Virus record (IMG/VR): IMGVR_UViG_3300042869_000273
Strand: one strand, 5' to 3'
Source of the DNA: an uncultured virus (IMG/VR IMGVR_UViG_3300042869_000273)
Lineage: Duplodnaviria; Heunggongvirae; Uroviricota; Caudoviricetes
Length of the DNA: 20,000 bases
Within the stretch, counting starts at the first letter, position 1. Each line of letters starts with the position of its first letter. Shown piece by piece: positions 1-6,892 of this stretch. The translations under genes were made by a program, and so were the position numbers. The notes beneath the pieces are model-generated. The model ran no database searches. It saw nothing but the letters and a program-made list of their open reading frames with translations, and was not told where the DNA came from.

Positions 1-344
1 ACATTAGGCCCAATTAGTTTAGGAATAGCATCACTAGCCCTAGGTCTTTGAACTCTAAAAAATTTACCTGCACTTTTATCTAAGTTATTAGAATGAAAAT
101 TAACAGCAGCATCCGCATAATCAGTAACAGAATTATTCACAATCATGTGAAGTTCTTTAGTGGCTCTTGTAACTTCTGGTTTAACATCAGATTTGATATT
201 ATTTTTTAATAAGTCTCTAAGTCTCTTTTGATGTCTACGGATACCTCTTGAAACATTTGTAGATGTCTCTGCCTCATATAACCTTGTATCAGCTAAGTGC
301 TGAATAATACGATCATAGAGATCTGTATTAATTGGTGTTGGCAT
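1..344 (-). CDS. Probable minor head/head morphogenesis protein (SPP1 gp7/Mu gpF-like), N-terminal part; runs off the window
   Basis: Not in ORF track. Manually read ATG at 344 after an AAGGAG RBS; frame open to window edge (MPTPINTDLYDRIIQHLADTRLYEAETS...). Product inferred from position after the portal. Confidence 0.55.
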   Translation of the reverse strand, partial: MPTPINTDLYDRIIQHLADTRLYEAETSTNVSRGIRRHQKRLRDLLKNNIKSDVKPEVTRATKELHMIVNNSVTDYADAAVNFHSNNLDKSAGKFFRVQRPRASDAIPKLIGPN

Positions 345-410
345 TTAAACTCCTTAATGTCACATAACAACTACATCGTGGATGTCCTTGATAGTAACTA
401 TTGTTTATAT

Positions 411-626
411 TTATTCAGGTTTATTAGGAAATACTACTTCACCTTCAGGAGGATTGTTCATAAGCTCAGTAATAGCAGACCTATACTCTGCCCACTGGTT
501 TCTAGTAACTCCACTTAAATCACTCGATGCTATCCACTCTGTTTTAGCTAGTATTTCAGTACACTTATCTATTAGATCAGTATTATCCTGTTGTGGTGCT
601 ACACGTTTAATTATTTTAGGCTCCAT
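411..626 (-). CDS. Small protein resembling phage tail-fibre assembly chaperones (71 aa)
   Basis: Likely start MEPKII at 626, overlapping the portal stop; C-terminal W-x-x-YR-x-A...P...FP-x-x-P pattern typical of this family. Confidence 0.5.
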   Translation of the reverse strand: MEPKIIKRVAPQQDNTDLIDKCTEILAKTEWIASSDLSGVTRNQWAEYRSAITELMNNPPEGEVVFPNKPE

Positions 627-2256
627 TATTATTCCGATCATCATTATTATTATTATTATTATTGTCAGGCCGCATATTATCTGTATTAGAGATAGATGAG
701 TCAATGCTCATTGCTTTTGTGTCTACAAGAGGATCACTCTGGATTTCTGCTACACCCTCTTCATCATTATATTCTGAAGGTAGTACATCATTGAACTTAG
801 CAATAGAGATAAAGGTAGAACGTGGAATAATACCTTGTTGATACCATTCTGTAACTAGCCTCATCCAATCTGCGCCTACTGGTGTAGGGTTAAAGTCAGC
901 ACTTAATGTAAACTTAATATCTGTTGGAAGAACCTCAATATTATATTTCCACTTAAGCATTACTGTAATAATCTGTCTCATTGTTTCTGAGATACGAGTA
1001 TTAAGCATACCTAACTGAGCAGTCTGGGCGGCATTACGGATTTCTAAACTTACACCTGACTCACCTGAAGAACCTTCGGGGGAGAGCATACGAATGCCCA
1101 TACGAGCCATCTCTTCGATAGTAGCGGCAATACTTGCCTCCATATCTTTTAGAGCACCTGTAGGTGTATCTAGTGCTTTGATATCATCTCCTGCACGAAG
1201 TTTAATCCATGAACCTAAACCAGCATCAACAATATTCTCAAACTCTTCATCAGTCATATCTGACATAACTACTGGAGTGTATGTTGCAGCACCATAGAGT
1301 AAATGGTTACGACGGCTAATTTTATTGTATAGAGCAATCTCACGATCAATTAAAGATTGTAGAATAGGTTCTACAGGATCAATCTGACCATTTAATGGAT
1401 AAGCTGGAATGAAATTCATTCTCTCATTATTCATTAAAGGTATTTCTGTACGTGTCTTGTTCCATGCTGCATTAGCATTATCTACTTGATACTTAGACGT
1501 AACATTACCGTTGATAACGTTAACAGACTCGTTAGTATCTCTTGTGTAGGTATCTACAACAAGCAATCCTGATTCATCTAGGTAGTAATGAGTAACTGTA
1601 TCTACATAGTCTGGATGGAATTGATTTTTAGAATAGTCTTCCATATAGTAACGGAAGAGTAAGCTAGTTAATACTTGTTTATTAGTATTACGGTCTTGAC
1701 CTCTACGCCAGTTAATAATATTCTCTGCTTGGATGAGCATAACATAAGGTGAAAGAGCCTTAGCTTCTTCCATTGTTAATGCGTCTGGATTAGCAACTGT
1801 AGGATAGTCTACTAAACACCAAGCTCTAGATGACTGTAGTTCTTCCCAGATAGCAGCATCTAAGAATCCATGTAGTGAAGTCCCATCAGAGCCAAAAGAA
1901 TTACGAATCCAATCTTCAGTTCCTTCAGGAAATAAGTTGTCTGGTAATTCAATTGATGCTTGTTTACGTAGTAATCCACCTACAAGTACTTTAGCATACT
2001 GTGCTGTTAGTCCTGGTAACTCACCTTCAGCACGATAAAAATTGTACTGTTGAGAACTCATTGTAGGAGAAAATGGTAATAGTAAGTTACTAAAATTTAC
2101 TGGGTCAATTGTATCATCGTATGCTCTTGCATGCGTCTGCCCATTTAGAACAGCTCTAGCTCTTTCCCAGAGTGGCCGCATAGACTCGTATGCAGCATTA
2201 GGGTCCCCAAGGCTTTTTGTCTTAGCCTTTGATGGGGTCGTTGTTAGGTTTGCCAT
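616..2256 (-). CDS. Portal protein (DUF4055/SPP1-like type), 546 aa
   Basis: Size, context near terminase, motifs (Y-x-x-MRPLW, YRAE, AENIINWR, ESGVSLEIR) and acidic low-complexity tail typical of DUF4055-type portals. Confidence 0.85.
   Translation of the reverse strand: MANLTTTPSKAKTKSLGDPNAAYESMRPLWERARAVLNGQTHARAYDDTIDPVNFSNLLLPFSPTMSSQQYNFYRAEGELPGLTAQYAKVLVGGLLRKQASIELPDNLFPEGTEDWIRNSFGSDGTSLHGFLDAAIWEELQSSRAWCLVDYPTVANPDALTMEEAKALSPYVMLIQAENIINWRRGQDRNTNKQVLTSLLFRYYMEDYSKNQFHPDYVDTVTHYYLDESGLLVVDTYTRDTNESVNVINGNVTSKYQVDNANAAWNKTRTEIPLMNNERMNFIPAYPLNGQIDPVEPILQSLIDREIALYNKISRRNHLLYGAATYTPVVMSDMTDEEFENIVDAGLGSWIKLRAGDDIKALDTPTGALKDMEASIAATIEEMARMGIRMLSPEGSSGESGVSLEIRNAAQTAQLGMLNTRISETMRQIITVMLKWKYNIEVLPTDIKFTLSADFNPTPVGADWMRLVTEWYQQGIIPRSTFISIAKFNDVLPSEYNDEEGVAEIQSDPLVDTKAMSIDSSISNTDNMRPDNNNNNNNDDRNNNGA
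643..663. repeat. (ATT)7 microsatellite encoding a poly-Asn run at the portal C-terminus
   Basis: Seven tandem ATT units; the portal ends ...PDNNNNNNNDDRNNNGA. Confidence 0.9.
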
Positions 2257-2982
2257 TTAAAGATTCTCCTCCATAAGCATCCTAACAATTCTAGCAACGA
2301 TGTCTGAACGAACAATATCGTCTACACCAAACTCGATGATAGGAATGTCAATGTTATGTTTTTTACATAGGTGGACAAATTTAAGTATGTCCTTACCACT
2401 ATTAATATCACTCTGGGCAGGATCGCCACAGAGGACCATTTTAGAGTTCTCCCCAAGGCGTGTTGTAATTGCCTTTAACTCTTCAAATGTTAAATTCTGA
2501 CACTCGTCTACAATGACAAGTGAGTTTTCATAAGATCGACCACGAATAGTTTCTAGTGGTTGGATCTCGATTGAACCTTTATTTACTAGGTATTGATAGA
2601 AGCCTAATCCAAAAGACTTCTCTAAAACACTAGTAATAGGCATTAACCAAGGAGCCATCTTATCAGCGATGGTCCCTGGAAAATGTCCTAAAGATTTTCC
2701 CGTAGCTACGTTAGCTCTGCTTAAAATTATTTTATCGTACTTCCCTGTTAAAAACAGAGAGGCTACCATAGATGAGGAGCAATAAGTTTTACCTGTACCA
2801 GCGCAACCAATAGTGACAGTGATAGGATAGTGGCGAATTGCAGTAAGCAAATTATCTTGCTTGTCATTTTTTGGTTGAACATGAAATGGCCTTGGAGCCT
2901 TAATAACTTTAACATTAGATTGATAATCCTCAATATGTGTAACTTGAGCTTGTTTACGTGGAACTCTACGGGGTTTATTCAT
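2257..2982 (-). CDS. phoH: PhoH-like ATPase
   Basis: Walker A GCAGTGKT, LGHFPG, IRGRS, Walker B IVDECQN, TRLGENSK, GDPAQSD, DIVRS: full PhoH motif set. Confidence 0.95.
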   Translation of the reverse strand: MNKPRRVPRKQAQVTHIEDYQSNVKVIKAPRPFHVQPKNDKQDNLLTAIRHYPITVTIGCAGTGKTYCSSSMVASLFLTGKYDKIILSRANVATGKSLGHFPGTIADKMAPWLMPITSVLEKSFGLGFYQYLVNKGSIEIQPLETIRGRSYENSLVIVDECQNLTFEELKAITTRLGENSKMVLCGDPAQSDINSGKDILKFVHLCKKHNIDIPIIEFGVDDIVRSDIVARIVRMLMEENL

Positions 2983-2995
2983 ATATGGTTAGTCC

Positions 2996-3109
2996 TTACT
3001 TCTTGAACTTAGATACTAGCTTGTCTTGTATTGTGATTGCCCATGATGGTTGCGGAACATGCCAACCAATAACAATACCTACGGCAATGCAAATTAATGC
3101 TGTTATCAT
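2996..3109 (-). CDS. Small membrane protein (37 aa, MITALICIAVGIVIGWHVPQPSWAITIQDKLVSKFKK)
   Basis: Below ORF-track cutoff; AAGGGG RBS, fills the gap, one TM helix plus basic tail. Confidence 0.7.
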   Translation of the reverse strand: MITALICIAVGIVIGWHVPQPSWAITIQDKLVSKFKK

Positions 3110-3118
3110 AATATCCCC

Positions 3119-3304
3119 TTATTTCTTAGTAGGTACTTCTGTACCTTCTAGCTTTTTATGTGTTTTAATTTCTTTACATACTTCCTTAGACTTTCCAGTC
3201 TTAGGGTCTTTAGTCTCTTTACAAACCTTTTTTGTTGTTTGTTCTGCAGAATGAACTGTAGGAACTATAAACATAAAGGCAAATAATAGTATAAACTTAT
3301 TCAT
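3119..3304 (-). CDS. Small exported basic protein with two Cys
   Basis: Signal-peptide-like N-terminus (...VHSA), Lys-rich body with two VCKE motifs, AAGGA RBS. Confidence 0.7.
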   Translation of the reverse strand: MNKFILLFAFMFIVPTVHSAEQTTKKVCKETKDPKTGKSKEVCKEIKTHKKLEGTEVPTKK

Positions 3305-3313
3305 TTGTATCCT

Positions 3314-3772
3314 TTAGATAAGGGGATGTTCTGGGTGAGGAGGTGCTAGTTTACCCCCATAACCTGTGGTTACAGTAGTCTCAGTAACTGTACGTTGTTG
3401 TTGTACTGCGGGATAACTTTGTCCATACTGTTGTGGTTGCTGATTACCCATGGACATACCCATAGGTTGTGGACCTGATGATACTCCTGCTATTTTCTCT
3501 TGACCTCTAGACCAGGCAGTAATACCTAATACAGCACCCATAGCCATATGAAACAAACCACCGCCCTGAAGGGTTAATGGAGCCCACTGTCTAAACGCAT
3601 CATTCTGAATAGCTACTTCCCAAAATTGTACAATAGTAAATCCAATAGGGAATATAATAAAGTCACATGCGCATACACACATATACATCATAGCCATTAG
3701 TGGACGCCATTTCTTTTGCATCCAACTTTCTTCTTCTTTCTTAGGTTCTTCAACCTTAGCTTCTTCTGCCAT
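3314..3772 (-). CDS. Putative holin (GTA 3TM-holin-like)
   Basis: W-x-x-x-WRP motif before hydrophobic helices, GAVLGITAWSRGQEK ending, located in the lysis cassette. Confidence 0.7.
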   Translation of the reverse strand: MAEEAKVEEPKKEEESWMQKKWRPLMAMMYMCVCACDFIIFPIGFTIVQFWEVAIQNDAFRQWAPLTLQGGGLFHMAMGAVLGITAWSRGQEKIAGVSSGPQPMGMSMGNQQPQQYGQSYPAVQQQRTVTETTVTTGYGGKLAPPHPEHPLI

Positions 3773-3781
3773 AAGAAATCC

Positions 3782-4330
3782 TTAAATTGTTAGGGGTAGC
3801 CATAGCCATATAGCTTGTGACATTAAGAATGCTGCTACAGCACCTACTCCAATACTTGCTTGGAATAATCTTCTATTAACTGCTAATATAGAAGCAGTAA
3901 GCAATACAATAGCAATCTGGAATAATGATCCAGCGTATGTATAAAACGGTGAACGCTGTTTAGCTACTGTTCTTTCAGCCTCTAGCTTACGAGCTTTAGC
4001 CATAAGTTCTTTCTTACCTTCACCTGTAGAAGGTTCTGACTCATATCTATCTATTTTCTTTTGAAGCTCTGCAGCTTTCTTAGTGTTACCCTTAGCTAAT
4101 GCATTCTCTTGAGAGATCTCAGCTAGGCGACTCTTAATATCTTTAGATTGATAAAATGACCATGTGTTATTAGCATCAATTGTGTTGTTGAGTACTTTAG
4201 AACTATTAGATCCACCCATTAAGGTGTTAATAGCAAGCAATGCAGCAAGCACTGTAATAACCCATCCAGCCTTATCTTTTAATAAAGCTTCTTTTTCGCT
4301 TCTACTCAATGGTTTAGTTTCTTCTGTCAT
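3782..4330 (-). CDS. DUF4337-like membrane protein
   Basis: N-terminal TM, ANNTWSFYQSKDIK motif, coiled coil, LFQIAIVL and two C-terminal TMs. Confidence 0.75.
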   Translation of the reverse strand: MTEETKPLSRSEKEALLKDKAGWVITVLAALLAINTLMGGSNSSKVLNNTIDANNTWSFYQSKDIKSRLAEISQENALAKGNTKKAAELQKKIDRYESEPSTGEGKKELMAKARKLEAERTVAKQRSPFYTYAGSLFQIAIVLLTASILAVNRRLFQASIGVGAVAAFLMSQAIWLWLPLTI

Positions 4331-4338
4331 AATACTCC

Positions 4339-4491
4339 TTAGAAGGGTAGGTACTTATTAATTAAGCCATTAACAATTCTATCTGAAAGATCATCAGGCA
4401 AGAATTTAAGAAAGCCTAATAAGTATAATGCTATTGAACCATAACAAAATATCTTTAAACAAAGATCAAAGGTCTTTTGATACTCGTTCAT
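4339..4491 (-). CDS. Small membrane protein (50 aa, MNEYQKTFDLCLKIFCYGSIALYLLGFLKFLPDDLSDRIV...)
   Basis: Manually read; ATGA overlap with the upstream gene's stop, fills the gap, one TM. Confidence 0.7.
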   Translation of the reverse strand: MNEYQKTFDLCLKIFCYGSIALYLLGFLKFLPDDLSDRIVNGLINKYLPF

Positions 4492-4985
4492 CTTCCGCAC
4501 CTATTACCTGTTTGGCAATACTGCATTAGCTCGTAACCACCAATAACCATTATAAATAAAACAAAGGAAACTACACTTAAAATAATAGCTAGTTCGTTTA
4601 GCTCTTCTTCTTTTTGCTTACGCTTACGTTCACTAGCATTAAAGAGTCTTAACTCTTGGGCATCATCAGCATCCATCTCTTCCTGACGAGCTTTAATCTT
4701 ATTCCATACATCTATCTTACCTGTTGTCATAAACAACATTTTTAATTCTTCTTCAAACGCTCTAGCTTGTTCTAAAGCCATCTCAATCTGTAAGGCAGTC
4801 CCCATATTGGAACCCTTGCCACTTTTCTTAGCTTGAATTAAAGCCTTAGTAGCTGTGCTCTTAGCATCAAACATCTTGCCTATCATAGGCGCAAGAGAGC
4901 CTAGGTCATTGGCTACTTTACTAGCTTTCTTAACCATTGATATAGCGGTTTGTATCCCCGCTAGGGCCGTCATTGGATCAATCAT
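4488..4985 (-). CDS. Hypothetical coiled-coil protein with C-terminal TM
   Basis: 165-aa ORF coupled to neighbours by ATGA overlaps; hydrophobic helix near the C-terminus. Confidence 0.75.
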   Translation of the reverse strand: MIDPMTALAGIQTAISMVKKASKVANDLGSLAPMIGKMFDAKSTATKALIQAKKSGKGSNMGTALQIEMALEQARAFEEELKMLFMTTGKIDVWNKIKARQEEMDADDAQELRLFNASERKRKQKEEELNELAIILSVVSFVLFIMVIGGYELMQYCQTGNRCGR

Positions 4986-5137
4986 TTTCTTTTCCCTTTA
5001 TTCGATTGGTCGTTGTTTCTCCATTCTAAACAACTAACCTTACGATTATAAACGGGACCTACCCATGTCCATCGTACACAGACGGGAGCTTTAGGATCGA
5101 TTCCTGCTAACATTAAGGTAAGAAGAAGAGTAGACAT
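4982..5137 (-). CDS. Small putative exported protein (51 aa, MSTLLLTLMLAGIDPKAPVCVRWTWVGPVYNRKVSCLEW...)
   Basis: Manually read; ATG directly after the endolysin stop, ATGA overlap with the next gene; hydrophobic N-terminus and a Cys pair. Confidence 0.65.
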   Translation of the reverse strand: MSTLLLTLMLAGIDPKAPVCVRWTWVGPVYNRKVSCLEWRNNDQSNKGKRK

Positions 5138-5752
5138 TTACACACCTAGTACATGGAGTGCATGTGCATAGTGCTTTTTACGGTCCTCGATACCTATGGT
5201 ACCTCCGTTAATTTTTCTTGTTAATGTCTCTATATCGCCTTGATCTGCCCATTTATTTAAGTTATTAGTCTCCCAGAACCAGCAAGCACTCTGTGCAGCA
5301 CCTTCAAAGGTACCCATATACTCACTAGCTTCCTCTGCGGAAATACCAATAGACTCAGCAAACCAAAAATAATTATCTTTACCTGTTAACTGTATTAGGC
5401 CTCTACCAGAGTACCTATATCCATCTCCTGAAGCCTCATCTCCATTACCCATACGATTAGCATAAACCTTATTAGCAATAGCTTCAGGCTTCTGAGCGAA
5501 CTGTTTAGCAAGCTCATCTGTAGGGAAATACTTAGGGAATATCTTACGGAGTGTCTCCCAACGATAGTTGAGATTTTCTTTAATCATTGTGAACTCACCT
5601 GACTCATGAGCACATTGAGCAACAAATGCTGCTATACGTCTCTCATTATCAATACCATAGTCAGGTAGTAATTGTTCTAAGGCATTATGCCAGTATGTAA
5701 CATGCTTGTTCTTTGGAATAAGCTGTTTAAGTTGGTCTAGTGATAGATTCAT
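5138..5752 (-). CDS. Endolysin, glycoside hydrolase family 19
   Basis: AAFVAQCAHESG, ENLNY, IANKVYANRMGNG, GDGYRYSGRGLIQLTGKDNY, TRKINGG motifs. Confidence 0.95.
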   Translation of the reverse strand: MNLSLDQLKQLIPKNKHVTYWHNALEQLLPDYGIDNERRIAAFVAQCAHESGEFTMIKENLNYRWETLRKIFPKYFPTDELAKQFAQKPEAIANKVYANRMGNGDEASGDGYRYSGRGLIQLTGKDNYFWFAESIGISAEEASEYMGTFEGAAQSACWFWETNNLNKWADQGDIETLTRKINGGTIGIEDRKKHYAHALHVLGV

Positions 5753-6012
5753 TTAAGTGCCTCAAAAAGTTTCTTTTGTTCGGTGTACCACTCATTCCAA
5801 GCATCTAATCGAATAGCGCATATGTGATATTCAGCATAGTTATGTAGAATAGTCTTAGTAAGCTCTGATAGTTCAGGCTTAGATTCAGCCTCTTTCAACT
5901 TAGCACATGCTACAGTTAGCTGACTAGGTACCTCTGGGAACTTAGCTACAACGGGTACTGTAGTAGAGCATCCTGATATCGTTAACAATAGAATAGCTAA
6001 TAGATATTTCAT
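5749..6012 (-). CDS. o-spanin (Rz1-like outer-membrane lipoprotein)
   Basis: Lipoprotein signal with lipobox ISG-C15, Pro-containing N-region, further Cys residues; between i-spanin and endolysin. Confidence 0.8.
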   Translation of the reverse strand: MKYLLAILLLTISGCSTTVPVVAKFPEVPSQLTVACAKLKEAESKPELSELTKTILHNYAEYHICAIRLDAWNEWYTEQKKLFEALK

Positions 6013-6398
6013 TGTGTAACTGCCTTATTATGTATAGTTATAACCTCTGGAGGAATCTTACATTGATCATTGTACTTAACGATCTCACGATCAACATATT
6101 GAATCTGCACCTCAGCAGCCTCTTTAACAATCTTTTCTTTTGTTAATACTTTTGTTACTATTTTAGTATTAACTATTTCTTTCTTAGCAGCTAACTCAGC
6201 TACTTTCTTTTCTAATTCAGTAACTCTATCTTGCCATACTTTATCAGCAGTTTTATAGCCTATTAAAAATAAAGATGCAAAGATTAATCCTACAGCAATA
6301 GGTCTGTAAGTTTCAAATTCTTTTATTAGCCATCCAAACAACCCTACCATTAGGGTAATAAACAATAGCCAAGTAGGTATATAGTTTAATATAAACAT
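6009..6398 (-). CDS. i-spanin (Rz-like inner-membrane protein)
   Basis: N-terminal TM segments, coiled coil, C-terminal Cys (QCKIPPE), ATGA overlap with the lipoprotein gene. Confidence 0.75.
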   Translation of the reverse strand: MFILNYIPTWLLFITLMVGLFGWLIKEFETYRPIAVGLIFASLFLIGYKTADKVWQDRVTELEKKVAELAAKKEIVNTKIVTKVLTKEKIVKEAAEVQIQYVDREIVKYNDQCKIPPEVITIHNKAVTQ

Positions 6399-6415
6399 TT
6401 AAATCCTTTAAAAGA

Positions 6416-6491
6416 AGAGTGATAGTGGGAGTCGAACTCACATTCCGAAGCAATTAAATCCTCGATTCTACCGATTGAATTATACCACTCT
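6416..6491 (-). ncRNA. Aberrant tRNA-like element (nominal anticodon UAA, no encoded CCA); possibly a pseudo-tRNA
   Basis: Cloverleaf: acceptor AGAGTGGTA/TATCACTCT, D arm ATTC-AATCGGTA-GAAT, T arm GTGAG-TTCGACT-CCCAC; irregular anticodon arm. Confidence 0.65.
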
Positions 6492-6536
6492 ATGACGCCT
6501 TTTACTGTAGCGACAACAGCCCTAAGGTGGGATCAT
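6492..6536 (-). ncRNA. Candidate compact structured RNA (two hairpins plus pseudoknot pairing)
   Basis: ATGAT-CCC-ACCTTA-GGG-CTGT-TGTCGCT-ACAG-TAAAAGGC-GTCAT; both loops are complementary to the 3' segment AAGGCG. Confidence 0.5.
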
Positions 6537-6579
6537 GCTGAATACCTCATGAACTTAATCACTTGGCTATCAGAAGGTT

Positions 6580-6655
6580 TGGTTGCGAAGGAAGGGATCG
6601 CACCTCCGACCTCTGGGGTATGAACCCAGCGCTCTTCTAACTGAGCTACCTCGCC
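6580..6655 (-). tRNA. tRNA-Met(CAT), initiator (fMet) type
   Basis: 76-nt cloverleaf with encoded CCA; anticodon arm CTGGG-TTCATAC-CCCAG with three consecutive G-C pairs; 1:72 mismatch (G:A). Confidence 0.92.
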
Positions 6656-6664
6656 TATTTAAAT

Positions 6665-6883
6665 TTATTTTTTCTCCTTTTGGGGATACATGATATCTGA
6701 TTGTTTATCAAAACAATATTTTGTAATAGTTGTTGTATTATTTACTACCATGTTAGCCCAAGCTGTTTGAGCATCAATAAAGTCATTAGCTACTTTATTT
6801 AGGGTAGTATCAGTGATGACCTTGTTAGTAAAGTCATGCTTAAGGCTCTGAAAAGAGTTAATATAAAATTGAGGTGTAAACAT
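6665..6883 (-). CDS. Hypothetical helical protein (72 aa)
   Basis: ORF with AAGGA RBS immediately downstream of terL. Confidence 0.7.
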   Translation of the reverse strand: MFTPQFYINSFQSLKHDFTNKVITDTTLNKVANDFIDAQTAWANMVVNNTTTITKYCFDKQSDIMYPQKEKK

Positions 6884-6892
6884 ATAGTTCCT

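Noticed and set aside
627..704. N-terminal extension (MTHLSLIQ...IIIIII) of the 411-704 ORF as a TM segment
   Set aside because: It is an alternate-frame reading of the portal's poly-Asn microsatellite; ATG at 626 is more plausible.
6416..6491. Ochre (UAA) suppressor tRNA with anticodon UUA, implying stop-codon recoding
   Set aside because: Placing UUA at 34-36 breaks the anticodon stem, and most genes here end cleanly in TAA with tight packing under the standard code.
6495..6575. HDV-like (theta) ribozyme in the tRNA-Met 3' trailer
   Set aside because: A P1-like pairing (GAUAGCC/GGCUGUU) and an L3-like UCCCACC exist, but I could not find a P2 helix or proper J4/2, so the fold cannot be completed by eye.
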